Below are positions 35,677 to 46,837 of a stretch of 64,000 bases of DNA, piece after piece. Each line of letters starts with the position of its first letter. The stretch's first letter is position 1. Under the pieces are notes generated by a model that was not told the DNA's origin, made no database searches, and worked only from the letters and a program-made list of their open reading frames with translations. Position numbers and translations under genes: made by a program. Origin of the DNA: Nannocystis bainbridge (GTDB lineage Bacteria; Myxococcota_A; Polyangia; Nannocystales; Nannocystaceae); assembly GCF_028368995.1 (NCBI RefSeq), contig NZ_JAQNDL010000001.1, positions 4,352,001 to 4,416,000 on the forward strand, given 5' to 3'.

Positions 35677-36398
35677 CGCTGCTCGCGCCGCTCGAGCTCG
35701 GGTGCAAGCGCGAGGCCAGCGAGGCGCCCGAGTCGACGGCGGTGGCGGAGCCCGAGGCGCCCGTGCAGCAGCCGGTCGAGGCGCCCGCGAGCGAGCCGGT
35801 CGAGGCGCCCGCGCGCGACACGGCGCCCGCCGACAAGCCGCCGGGCGACGTGGTGGCCGCGAACGTGCCGACCGCCGAGCCCGCGGGCGAGGTCAAGCCG
35901 GCGACCGCGAGCGCCCTGCCTGCGGCGCTGCACACCAAGGTCGACGACTCGTGCGGGCGCGACGCCGGTGTCGGCACGAGCGCGCTGCCGTTCGCGCTCA
36001 AGACCGCCGAGGGCAAGGACATCAGCATGGCGAGCCTGCGCGGCAAGGTCGTGCTGCTCAACTTCTGGGGCACGTGGTGTAAGCCGTGCCTCAAGGAGCT
36101 GCCGGAGTTCGACCGGCTGATCCGTCACTACAAGAAGCAGGGCGCGGTGCTGGTCGCCGTGGCCACCGACACCGAGCCGGAGAAGGTGCTCGAGTTCGCC
36201 AAGGAGCGGAGGATCTCCGCCAAGCTGGTGCTCGGCGGCGAGGACCTGGCCAAGCAGTATGACAGCCCCAACTTCCCGTTCTCGTTCGTGGTCGACGAGA
36301 AGGGCACGATCCGCGGCTCGTACCGCAGCTACAAGCCGGAGTGCATCGGGCGGATCGAGCAAGACATCCGCACGAGCCTCGAGCAGAAGAAGCGCTAG
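35631..36398 (+). CDS. TlpA-like thiol-disulfide oxidoreductase lipoprotein
   Basis: LNFWGTWCKPCLKELP; ELGC lipobox; start may be 35667. Confidence 0.9.
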   Translation: MTFKQCPKQHVLMAISLLAPLELGCKREASEAPESTAVAEPEAPVQQPVEAPASEPVEAPARDTAPADKPPGDVVAANVPTAEPAGEVKPATASALPAALHTKVDDSCGRDAGVGTSALPFALKTAEGKDISMASLRGKVVLLNFWGTWCKPCLKELPEFDRLIRHYKKQGAVLVAVATDTEPEKVLEFAKERRISAKLVLGGEDLAKQYDSPNFPFSFVVDEKGTIRGSYRSYKPECIGRIEQDIRTSLEQKKR

Positions 36399-36483
36399 CG
36401 ATCGACGTGGAGGCCGGCGCTCTCGTCGAACCGAGAGCGCCTTCCTGCTGCCTGATGCGCCGAACCTGTCTTCGCCGCTCGGC

Positions 36484-37425
36484 TCACGAGAACTCGACGA
36501 CTCGCTTCTTCCGCAGCTCGACGACCAGCTTGGTGAGGGCCAGGTCGTCCTGCGGGTACGCGTCGAGGATGTACGACCAGGTCCGGCCCTCGGCGAGGTC
36601 TTGCACGACGTCGAGCTGCTCGCGCGGCAGCGTGTGCCAGCGGACGGGCGACGGCTGGATCAGCGCCACCTCGGCGCCGTACGTCGGCACGGGTGTCTTT
36701 TCGGCCAGGTGGAGGATCTCGTCCTGCTGGCGGGCCGACTCCATCAGGATGTGCTCGATCGCCGAGCGGATCTCCTGCGCCGGTGCGTGCTCCGGGGCCG
36801 CGTTCTCGAGCGCGAACGTCCCGCGCTTCCACGCCAGCATCCGCATCAGCGCCTTCTCGGGCAGCAGCGCCGCGGCGCTCTTGTCGATCGTCGCCGAGAA
36901 CGCGTGGCCGTCGCGCAGGTGCACCCGACCGGTCTGGACGGTGTCGAGGTTGCGCACGTTGAGGGTCCCGGTCTTGCGGCTGGCCGCCAGCCACTGCAGC
37001 ACGTCGACCAGCGGGATCTCCTCGATGCTCCCCGTCATCGAGCGGTTGGAGAAGTCGACCGTCGTCGGCGTGCGGTGCTTCTTCTCGCCGGCGCGCGGGG
37101 CGGCGCCGACCTGGCTCGGCTTGGCGACCACCACGCTCATGAGGCTGCCGCCGATGGAGATGCGGTCGCCGGCGCGGAGGCAGTGGCGCTGGACGGCGCC
37201 GCCGTTGACGTGCACCCCGTTGCGCGAGCCGAGATCGCGGACCCACACGCGCTGGCGTTCGGCGAAGAAGCGGGCGTGCTTGCGGCTCACGGCGTCGTCG
37301 GCGAGCACGAGGTCCGATTCGCTGCTGCGGCCGACGATGTAGTGGTCCTTGTCGGCGTCCAGGGGAAACTCTTCGCCCTTGTACTTGCCCGTCAGGAACT
37401 TGAGGACGTGAATTTCCGCACTCAT
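36484..37425 (-). CDS. FHA + DUF4388 domain protein
   Basis: VGR...VSRKHA...DLGSRNG FHA motifs; MTGSIEEIPLVDVLQWL...KTGTL DUF4388 pattern. Confidence 0.9.
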   Translation of the reverse strand: MSAEIHVLKFLTGKYKGEEFPLDADKDHYIVGRSSESDLVLADDAVSRKHARFFAERQRVWVRDLGSRNGVHVNGGAVQRHCLRAGDRISIGGSLMSVVVAKPSQVGAAPRAGEKKHRTPTTVDFSNRSMTGSIEEIPLVDVLQWLAASRKTGTLNVRNLDTVQTGRVHLRDGHAFSATIDKSAAALLPEKALMRMLAWKRGTFALENAAPEHAPAQEIRSAIEHILMESARQQDEILHLAEKTPVPTYGAEVALIQPSPVRWHTLPREQLDVVQDLAEGRTWSYILDAYPQDDLALTKLVVELRKKRVVEFS

Positions 37426-37678
37426 GAGCGCACCCTCGAGCATAGGTTTGGAGCCACACCCGCGTCAACGCTGTGCGGTGGCGGATGAGGGAGATCAGGA
37501 CGCGGGGTCGGGGCGCAAAACCCGTGACGGCGCACACGGGTGGGCGCTCCCGCGATCGTGCTGCGCGGCGCTGCTCGGCCGCAGCGGCGTCGCCAGCGCC
37601 CATGCGTGGCCGCGCCTACCAATAAACGCTAGGCTTTGGCGTCAACCCTCAGCCTCTTCACGAGGTGGAGTCACGGTC

Positions 37679-39289
37679 ATGAACAAGCGTCCCTGGATCG
37701 GCCCCGTGAGCGCACTGGCGCTCGTGCTTTCGTTCGCTGGCGGTTGCACGCGGAGCGTGGGGGCTGGGGTGGTCCATCCCGACGAGATCCCGCGGACCGT
37801 GGCGGCCGCGCCGGCGGCCTACGAGACGGTTTACGTGCAGAGCCAGGCGTACGCCACCCCGACCGGGGCGCCGCAGGCCAACGGTTACGCGATTCCGGGC
37901 GAGGCGCCGGTCGACCCCGAGGCGCAGACCCAGGCCAACATCGCCAACCCGCCGGGCCTGGTCGGCACCGAGACGCTGAGCGACGGGCAGCAGGTCCAGG
38001 TCGTGACGTACGTGCACACGTACCCCGAGGCGATCGAGACCTACCCGCGGGTGTGGTGGTCCGATCGTTGGTACTACAACATCAACGGCAACTTCGTTTA
38101 CTACAGCCCGTACTACAGCAACTGGGTGTACTACTGGGGCCCGCCGTCGCCGCTGGTGTACGCGTGGAACTACTACTACCCGTGGGTCCCGTACTCGTAC
38201 GGCTGGGGCTTCTACGGCAACGGCTGGTACTGGGGCGGGCCGGGCTACTGGGGCTACCACGCGTGGGGCCGGCCGCCGTCGTACTACTACAACTACTACC
38301 CGCACGACCCGGGCTCGGTGCGGCACACGACGCCGAGCACCGGCGGGCCGACGGGCGGCACGCGGCACTCGATGAACGCGTCGCAGGGCGGGCCGACGGG
38401 CAACCAGGGCTTCGGCGACAAGCTCGGCCGTCCGAACGGCAACAACGGCGGCATGGCCCCGGGGGCAGGTCGACCGACCGATCTCTCGGCCGGTCCGCAG
38501 GCCGGCGGCATGGGTGCGGGCGCCAGCGGGCCGCGCGGGCTGGCTGCGGCGCCCGAGGGCGGTCGCGGCGGCCTCGGCCCGGGCGGTCAGGCGGGGGGTC
38601 CCGCCAACCTCGCGGCTCCGAACACGCGCCCGAGTCAGCTGCCCCAAGGGCCAGGTTCGTGGACCGCCAGCGGCACGCGCACGGTCACCGGCTCGAGCGC
38701 GAGCTACCCGAACATGCCGATGTCGAGCGGGGCTCGCCCCGGCGGCGAGGCTGGCGGACGCGGCTACGCGGCTCCGGGGGCCGGCGGTCTTTCGGCCGGC
38801 GGCTCCAAGGCCACCGGCGGCATGAACGCGACCTACCGCCCGACCTACGCGCCTCCGGGCACGAGCGGCGGCGGCGAGCGCGGGACGATGGCGGCCGGCG
38901 CGGCGCGGCCGAGCAGCGGCGGCGGGTTCGCGTCGTCGCAAGCGACCTACGTGCCTGCCACCTCCGGCTCACGCGGCGGGCCGCGCAGCGCGACGAGCTC
39001 GTTCGGTGACAGCGGCGGCGGTTGGGGCGGCGCGCGCGGGACGGGCTCGACCTTCAGCGGCGGCAGCCGTGGCGGGTTCAGCGGCGGCTCGAGCGGCGGG
39101 TTCAACGGCGGCGGCGGCAGCGGCTTCGGCGGCAGTCGCGGCGGCTTCAGCAGCGGCGGCGGTGGCGGCGGCGGCTTCAGCGGCGGAGGCGGCGGCGGCG
39201 GCGGTGGCTTCAGCGGCGGAGGCGGCGGAGGCGGCGGCGGCCGTGGTGGCGGCGGAGGCTTCAGCGGCGGCGGCGGTCGCGGCCGCTGA
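37679..39289 (+). CDS. Lipoprotein with Tyr/Trp-rich segment and Gly-rich tail
   Basis: AGGC lipobox; YYWG/YGWG-rich block; GGFSGGG repeats at C-terminus. Confidence 0.85.
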   Translation: MNKRPWIGPVSALALVLSFAGGCTRSVGAGVVHPDEIPRTVAAAPAAYETVYVQSQAYATPTGAPQANGYAIPGEAPVDPEAQTQANIANPPGLVGTETLSDGQQVQVVTYVHTYPEAIETYPRVWWSDRWYYNINGNFVYYSPYYSNWVYYWGPPSPLVYAWNYYYPWVPYSYGWGFYGNGWYWGGPGYWGYHAWGRPPSYYYNYYPHDPGSVRHTTPSTGGPTGGTRHSMNASQGGPTGNQGFGDKLGRPNGNNGGMAPGAGRPTDLSAGPQAGGMGAGASGPRGLAAAPEGGRGGLGPGGQAGGPANLAAPNTRPSQLPQGPGSWTASGTRTVTGSSASYPNMPMSSGARPGGEAGGRGYAAPGAGGLSAGGSKATGGMNATYRPTYAPPGTSGGGERGTMAAGAARPSSGGGFASSQATYVPATSGSRGGPRSATSSFGDSGGGWGGARGTGSTFSGGSRGGFSGGSSGGFNGGGGSGFGGSRGGFSSGGGGGGGFSGGGGGGGGGFSGGGGGGGGGRGGGGGFSGGGGRGR

Positions 39290-39358
39290 TCGTCGACCCT
39301 CGACCGGACGATGCCACGAAGACCCGCTCTCCCCGAGGGCGGGTCTCGTCGCGTCGGG

Positions 39359-39460
39359 GGCATGCCCCGGGCGAGATGTCCCAAGGGACATGTCGATCGC
39401 TAGACAAGAGCGGCCTGAGCAGTGCCAGGTCGGGCAATCAAATGTCCCAGGGGACAGGTC
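39359..39460. repeat. 14-bp-phased arrays upstream of gloB
   Basis: 39361, 39375, 39389 (TGTCCCAAGGGACA); 39441, 39455 (TGTCCCAGGGGACA). Confidence 0.82.
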
Positions 39461-39498
39461 GGCTTGAGCGCGCGGGTCGGCTTTGTTAAACCTTTAGA

Positions 39499-40242
39499 GT
39501 GCTGATCATCGAGCCCGTCCCGTGTCTGCGCGACAACTACGCGTACCTGCTGCGCGATGCCGACTCGAGCGACGTCTGGCTGGTCGATCCATCGGAGGCC
39601 GGGCCGCCGGCGCGGGCGATCGCGGCGGCGGGCGGGCGGCTGAGGGGGATCCTCGCAACCCATCACCATCACGATCACGTCGGTGGCATCGACGAGCTCG
39701 TGGGCGACGACGCTGACGTGTGGGTCGCCGGGCACGCCAGTGATCGCGGACGGATCCCCCGTCAGACCGTGTTCGCCGACGCGGCGATCGATGCATGGCT
39801 GGACAGCGGCCTCGTGCTCGCGGGGCGGCGCTTGCTGGGGCTGCACATCCCCGGGCACACCAGCGGCGCGATCGCCTGGCGGCTGGTCGGCGAGGGTGGC
39901 GAGCCCGACGACGTGTTCACCGGCGACACCCTGTTCGCGGCCGGTTGTGGTCGCCTGTTCGAAGGGACACCCGCGCAGATGCACCGGAGCCTGCAGCAGC
40001 TGACTTCGCTGGGCGGCTCGACGCGGCTGTGGTTCGGCCACGAGTACACGGCGGGCAACTTGCGCTTCGCGGCGGTGGTCGAGCCCGACAACCGGGCGAT
40101 CGCCGAGCGAGCGGCGGCGCTGCCGAGCCGCACCACGCCGACCACCGAGGCCGACGAGCGGGCGACCAACCCGTTCGTCCGCGCGAGCTCGGTCGAGGAG
40201 CTGGCGGCGCGTCGCAAAGCGAAGGACGAGTTCCGCGGCTGA
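39499..40242 (+). CDS. gloB: Hydroxyacylglutathione hydrolase (glyoxalase II)
   Basis: DNYAY, THHHHDHVGG, PGHT, FTGDTLF..GCGRLFEG, GHEYT, TNPF. Confidence 0.96.
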   Translation: MLIIEPVPCLRDNYAYLLRDADSSDVWLVDPSEAGPPARAIAAAGGRLRGILATHHHHDHVGGIDELVGDDADVWVAGHASDRGRIPRQTVFADAAIDAWLDSGLVLAGRRLLGLHIPGHTSGAIAWRLVGEGGEPDDVFTGDTLFAAGCGRLFEGTPAQMHRSLQQLTSLGGSTRLWFGHEYTAGNLRFAAVVEPDNRAIAERAAALPSRTTPTTEADERATNPFVRASSVEELAARRKAKDEFRG

Positions 40243-40397
40243 GCCTGCGGGTCGCTCGCTCACGCTGCGGTGCGAGGCTGACTGCGGCTGAGCCTGTCGG
40301 CGAATCGGGATCTGCTCACCGTACGCCGCGGCTTTGTCGCCGGCTCAGGGAGCACTCGGCGGCGGGCGGGTCACGTCATCTCGCAGCGAACCAATAA

Positions 40398-40486
<89 letters not shown>

Positions 40487-40507
40487 TACCGGTTGTTGAG
40501 GCCGGTG

Positions 40508-40592
40508 CGGAGAGGGAGGGATTCGAACCCTCGGTGGGTTGCCCCACACAAGATTTCCAATCTTGCACCTTAGACCACTCGGACACCTCTCC
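40508..40592 (-). tRNA. tRNA-Ser(GGA)
   Basis: GGAGAGG acceptor, anticodon arm CAAGA-TTGGAAA-TCTTG, long variable arm, GGTTCGAATCC; no encoded CCA. Confidence 0.96.
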
Positions 40593-40639
40593 GGGTGTTC
40601 TGGTTTGCTGTGTGGGGCTTCTTCTCGGAGGAAAACTTG

Positions 40640-40724
40640 CGGAGAGGGTGGGATTCGAACCCACGGTGACTTTCGCCACACCAGATTTCGAGTCTGGCAC
40701 CTTCGACCACTCGGACACCTCTCC
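40640..40724 (-). tRNA. tRNA-Ser(CGA)
   Basis: Anticodon arm CCAGA-CTCGAAA-TCTGG, long variable arm, GGTTCGAATCC; no encoded CCA. Confidence 0.96.
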
Positions 40725-40740
40725 AGGTGGCGGGGCGCGG

Positions 40741-40768
40741 ACATTACCAGAATTTTTAAAGAGGTCCA
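40741..40768 (-). promoter_or_regulatory. Putative promoter of the tRNA-Ser-tRNA-Ser-ffs operon
   Basis: Minus strand TGGACC-16 nt-TAATGT in an AT-rich patch, followed by a GC-rich discriminator. Confidence 0.5.
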
Positions 40769-40885
40769 GCCCTTGGGCGCGGCGAGCGGGGCGCTTCGGC
40801 GGGGTCCGGGTGAGACGGTGCGTGAGGAACGGCGCATGTCCGGGGGCGGCGCCTGGGCGAGGAGCACGCACACTCCAGATCGGCC

Positions 40886-42928
<2,043 letters not shown>

Positions 42929-42942
42929 ACTCGGGCGGCGCG

Positions 42943-43224
42943 ATGCCCTACGTCGAGTACGCCTGCGAAGGCCGCCTGCTGTTCCGCACCGAGACCACCG
43001 AGGACGTGCAGTTCGTCCCGCGGATCCACGAGGTCGTCGTCATCGACGACGTGCCGTACCAGGTCGTCGACGTCGAGTACTGGGCCCGCCGGCTCGGCTC
43101 GACCGACCGCCGCCTGGTCTGCCCCACCGTCTACGTCGTGCCGATCGCCGGCGTCGAGTGGGAGCAGCGGCTCGAGCGCCGGGTCCCGCGCAACAAGGAC
43201 GGCAAGCCGCCCACGCGCTACTGA
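42943..43224 (+). CDS. Small hypothetical protein
   Basis: 93 aa, GC3-biased codons, 14 nt after the upstream stop. Confidence 0.7.
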   Translation: MPYVEYACEGRLLFRTETTEDVQFVPRIHEVVVIDDVPYQVVDVEYWARRLGSTDRRLVCPTVYVVPIAGVEWEQRLERRVPRNKDGKPPTRY

Positions 43225-43305
43225 CCTTTCGGGCATGTTTAAAGGGACATGTGCCGACGGGCATGCCCCGAAGAGCATGCCCGTGAGCACATGTCCCGAA
43301 GGACC
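43224..43305. repeat. 14-bp-phased array (5 perfect CATG cores) beside tRNA-Ser 3' end
   Basis: CATG at 43234, 43248, 43262, 43276, 43290. Confidence 0.92.
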
Positions 43306-43319
43306 AGAGATCGAACTAG

Positions 43320-43406
43320 CGGAGGAGGAGGGATTCGAACCCTCGGTGCCCTTGCGGACACGGCGGATTTCAAGTCCGCTGCCTTAGACCGCTCGGCCAC
43401 TCCTCC
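43320..43406 (-). tRNA. tRNA-Ser(TGA)
   Basis: GGAGGAG acceptor, anticodon arm GCGGA-CTTGAAA-TCCGC, long variable arm, GGTTCGAATCC. Confidence 0.96.
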
Positions 43407-43451
43407 GGCGGGGCCGCGAGTATCGACAAGCCGGGCCCGCGCGTAAAGCCC

Positions 43452-46400
43452 TCACGGCGCCCGGGCCACGCGGGCCAGCGCGCGCTCCGCTTCGCGCCGG
43501 CCGGGGGCGGTCGCGGGCGCCAGGCGCAGGAATTCCTCGTACGCCGTGCGGCTGGTGGCGACGTCGCCGTGGGCCTCGGCGGCGCGGGCCAGCCACAGGT
43601 GCGCGTCGGGCAGCCAGGCCGTGCCCGGCGCGGCGGCCTGGACCGCCCGGCCCAGGCTGACCGCCGCCTCGGCGTCGAGCTGCAGGTCGTGCTCGCTGCG
43701 ACCGAGCCAGTAGTGCGCCTCGGTGAGGCCCGGCTCGAGCGTCACGGCGCGCTGGAGCTGGCGGCGGGCCTCCTCGAAATTTTCGCGCTCGTAGTGCGCC
43801 TGCCCCAGCGCCATGAACGCGGCCGGGAACGCCTCCGTCGCCCGAGTTACCGCGCTGAGCTCGGTCACCGCCTCCTGGGCGCGCCCGAGCTGCAAGAGCG
43901 CGCGACCGTACAGGAATCCGGCCTCGTGCAGCGTCGGCGCCAGCTGGTGCGCGCGGCGGAACGCCGGCAGCGCGTCCTGCAGGCGACCGCTGCGCTCGGC
44001 GATCTTGCCCGCCATGAGCTCCACGTCGGGGTTGGGCCCCCCGGGCCGGCTGAGCCGCAGCTCGGCCTGCGCCAGCCCCGGCTCGCCGCGCGCCAGCAGC
44101 ACCTTCGACTTCAGCAGGTGGCCCTCCCACGAGTCCGGCGAGCGCAGCAAGATCTGGTCGGCCAGCGACTCCGCCGCCTCGACCGCGTCCTGCGCCAGCC
44201 GCAGGCGCGCGATCGCCAGCACCACCTCGTCCGGCGCCCGCACGTCGCTCAGGTGCGGCTGCACCAGCGCCTCGAGCGCGCGCAGCTCACCTGACCGAAG
44301 GTACAGGCGGCTCAGCGGCCCGATCAGCCCCGCGAATCCGCCCGTGCGCTCGTGCACCGCCAGCAGGTCGACTCGCCCGGCGTCCGATCGCGGAGTCTCG
44401 AGCACCAGCACCCCGCGGCGCAGCTGGGCCGCGTTGTCGTCGGGGTCGAGCGCCAGCGCCCGGTCGAGCGTCTCCATCGCCGCGTCGCGGTTGCCGAGAG
44501 TGGCCAGCGCCCCGGCCCGCGCCAGCGCCAGCGCCCGCAGGTCGGCTCGCGCGCTCTCGGTAGGATCGCGGCTGTGCTCCGAGTACAGCCGCTCCAGCCG
44601 GCCCAGCGCCTCCTCGCACGGCCGCAGGCGGGCGTACTCGACGGCCGCGCGCACGTGTGCCGGCTTGCTCGCGGCCGCCGCTTGGAAGTGCTCGACCGCC
44701 TCCTCGACATCGCCGCGCAGCAGCGCCAGCCGGCCGCGCAAAAACATCGACTCGATCAGCGTCGACTTCTCGGCCGCCAGCTTCTCGATCGCCTTGAGCG
44801 CCCCGCCCTCGTTGCTGGCTCGCAGCGCCAGCTCGGCTTGCAGGATCGACGCCTCGAGGTCGTCGGGCGCGTCGCGCAGCCGCGCCGTCAGCCCTTGCTG
44901 CGCGCGCGCCAGCTCGTCCGCCTCGATCAGCACCCGCAGCGACGCGTGCACGACCTCCGGATCGCGCGGCGCCAGCTTGATCGCCTCGTCGGCCCAGTAC
45001 ACGCTGCGCGACACCTCGACCGACGCCGCCGCCACGCGAGCGTGACGCACCAGCACGTGCGCCTGATGCCGGTCGCTCACCCCTGGCTCGCGGACCAGCG
45101 CCTCGAGCCGCTTGCGCGCCTCCGCCAGCCGGCCGCGGGCGATCAGCGCGTCGACCAACAACAGCTCGAGCGCCGGGCGGTGCTGGCGATCGGTCGCGTC
45201 GCGCAGCGGCTCGAGCGAAGCTCGCCGGTCCTTCGCGAGATCGGTAGCGAACGACAGCCAGCGGGCCGCCTGATCTCCTGGCCGCAAGGACATCGCCTCC
45301 GCGGCATCCTCGGCCGCGGTTTTGAAGTCACCGGCGGCCAGCGCCAGCAGCCCGCGGTACAGCGTCACTCCCGGCTCCGCGCCCGAGGCCAGCATCCCTC
45401 GCGCAGTTGCTCGCTCGCCGTCGGCGAGCGCCGCGAGGGCCTGGATCCGCTCGGCGCGGAAGTTCTCGCGCTGGACCGTCGCCGTCAGCCACGTCTTCGC
45501 CTGGGCCGCGCGCACCGGATCTGGCCCGTAGCGCAGGTGGATCCGCAGCGCCGCCTCGGCGCGTCCGAGCGGGTCCTCCGTCTGCTCCGCCACGGCCATC
45601 GCCGTCAGGTAGCTGTCCATCGTGTCGTCGTCGAACAGCGCTGCCAGCCGCTCGTCGCGCTCGCGCCGGGCCGTCGCGTCCGCCGGCACCTTGGCCGCGT
45701 ACGCCCCGACCACCAGCGACGTCTCCTGCGCCCGCCCGTAATAGAACCCGAAGCTGCCGACCAGCGCCACGAACAGCCCGATCAGGCCCGCGTAGGCCAG
45801 CGCACCCGGCTCGGGCGGCGGCGGCGTCAGCACCACCGTCGGCCGGCGCGACTGCAGCTGCGGCCGCGGCGGGGGCGGCGGCGCGTCGGGTTGCGTCGGC
45901 AGCTCGCGCGTCTCCGCCTTGATGTCCGCGAGGTCGACCTCGACGTCGTCCGACCGCGAGAGCACCCGCGCCGTCACCGTCGACATCTCGCTGAGGTGCG
46001 GCAGGTCGAGCTCCGCGCTGTTCTCGAGGTCGCGGGAGTCGATCGTCGTCGGCAGCGTGCGCGGTGGGGTCGTGATCTTCGGCAGCGTGAACGGCCGCGT
46101 CGTCGACACCGGCGCCGGCAGGTCGTCCTCGCCGCTGCTCGACTCCGGTGACGGTTGTGACGGCGGCCGCGACGACGCTGCGCCTGGCGCGTCGCTGTTG
46201 CGCTCGCTCCCCGGCCGGTCGCCCACCAGCGTCGGCGGCACGAAGAACCCCGTCACCGGCGCCTGCGGCTTGCGGATGCTCCCCAGCGGCGTCCCCGGCA
46301 GCGGCAGCGTCGTCAGCCGCGGCAAGATCACCCGACCCGGCTCTTCCGGCGGCGCCTGCGTCGGCGTCCCGCAATTCGGGCAGCGCTCGAACGGCAGCCC

Positions 46401-46469
46401 CGCCTCGAACACGAACGCGCACTTGCGGCACGCGGGCGAGTTCGGCGGCAGGGCGGGCGAATCGGCCAT
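43452..46469 (-). CDS. Large TPR protein with N-terminal zinc ribbon and TM helix
   Basis: CRKC...CPNCG, Pro-rich linker, TM (YAGLIGLFVALVGSFGFYYG), many TPRs. Confidence 0.88.
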   Translation of the reverse strand: MADSPALPPNSPACRKCAFVFEAGLPFERCPNCGTPTQAPPEEPGRVILPRLTTLPLPGTPLGSIRKPQAPVTGFFVPPTLVGDRPGSERNSDAPGAASSRPPSQPSPESSSGEDDLPAPVSTTRPFTLPKITTPPRTLPTTIDSRDLENSAELDLPHLSEMSTVTARVLSRSDDVEVDLADIKAETRELPTQPDAPPPPPRPQLQSRRPTVVLTPPPPEPGALAYAGLIGLFVALVGSFGFYYGRAQETSLVVGAYAAKVPADATARRERDERLAALFDDDTMDSYLTAMAVAEQTEDPLGRAEAALRIHLRYGPDPVRAAQAKTWLTATVQRENFRAERIQALAALADGERATARGMLASGAEPGVTLYRGLLALAAGDFKTAAEDAAEAMSLRPGDQAARWLSFATDLAKDRRASLEPLRDATDRQHRPALELLLVDALIARGRLAEARKRLEALVREPGVSDRHQAHVLVRHARVAAASVEVSRSVYWADEAIKLAPRDPEVVHASLRVLIEADELARAQQGLTARLRDAPDDLEASILQAELALRASNEGGALKAIEKLAAEKSTLIESMFLRGRLALLRGDVEEAVEHFQAAAASKPAHVRAAVEYARLRPCEEALGRLERLYSEHSRDPTESARADLRALALARAGALATLGNRDAAMETLDRALALDPDDNAAQLRRGVLVLETPRSDAGRVDLLAVHERTGGFAGLIGPLSRLYLRSGELRALEALVQPHLSDVRAPDEVVLAIARLRLAQDAVEAAESLADQILLRSPDSWEGHLLKSKVLLARGEPGLAQAELRLSRPGGPNPDVELMAGKIAERSGRLQDALPAFRRAHQLAPTLHEAGFLYGRALLQLGRAQEAVTELSAVTRATEAFPAAFMALGQAHYERENFEEARRQLQRAVTLEPGLTEAHYWLGRSEHDLQLDAEAAVSLGRAVQAAAPGTAWLPDAHLWLARAAEAHGDVATSRTAYEEFLRLAPATAPGRREAERALARVARAP

Positions 46470-46837
46470 CGGCGACGCGCAAGATAACACGCCGTCGCCG
46501 CGCCCGATCGGCGCCAGGACGGCCTGGAGACCGTCCGCCAGCGCGCGAGGTTTGTTTCAGGGCCCATGGGGCCGCGCACGTCCCGTCGGCCTCGGCGAGA
46601 CCTCGGACCCTGCTCGGCGCATCGACCCGCGACCGCGTCACACGCAAGGCGAAGCGCACCGCAGCGCCCTGCGCAGCCGCGTCTCCACCGGCCCGCGCGA
46701 CCCTCGACTGGCGAGGCCCTCGAGCGGCGCGCGGCTCTCCATCACACTAGATCTTTGCTCGCCGGGCTCCTCACGGCCACGCGAATCACGGCCGTGCCGG
46801 ATCGCCAGCCGCCCGCGCCTACCCTAAACTCCGCGCG

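Noticed and set aside
39040-39289. GGC microsatellite as a separate repeat element
   Set aside because: Explained by the Gly-rich coding tail.
43224-43305. Junction RRRCATGYYY matches the eukaryotic p53 half-site and the NspI site
   Set aside because: Coincidental similarity; no p53-like or restriction-modification gene is visible in the window.
43224-43452. Genomic island integrated at tRNA-Ser
   Set aside because: No integrase, no duplicated tRNA 3' end and no GC shift.
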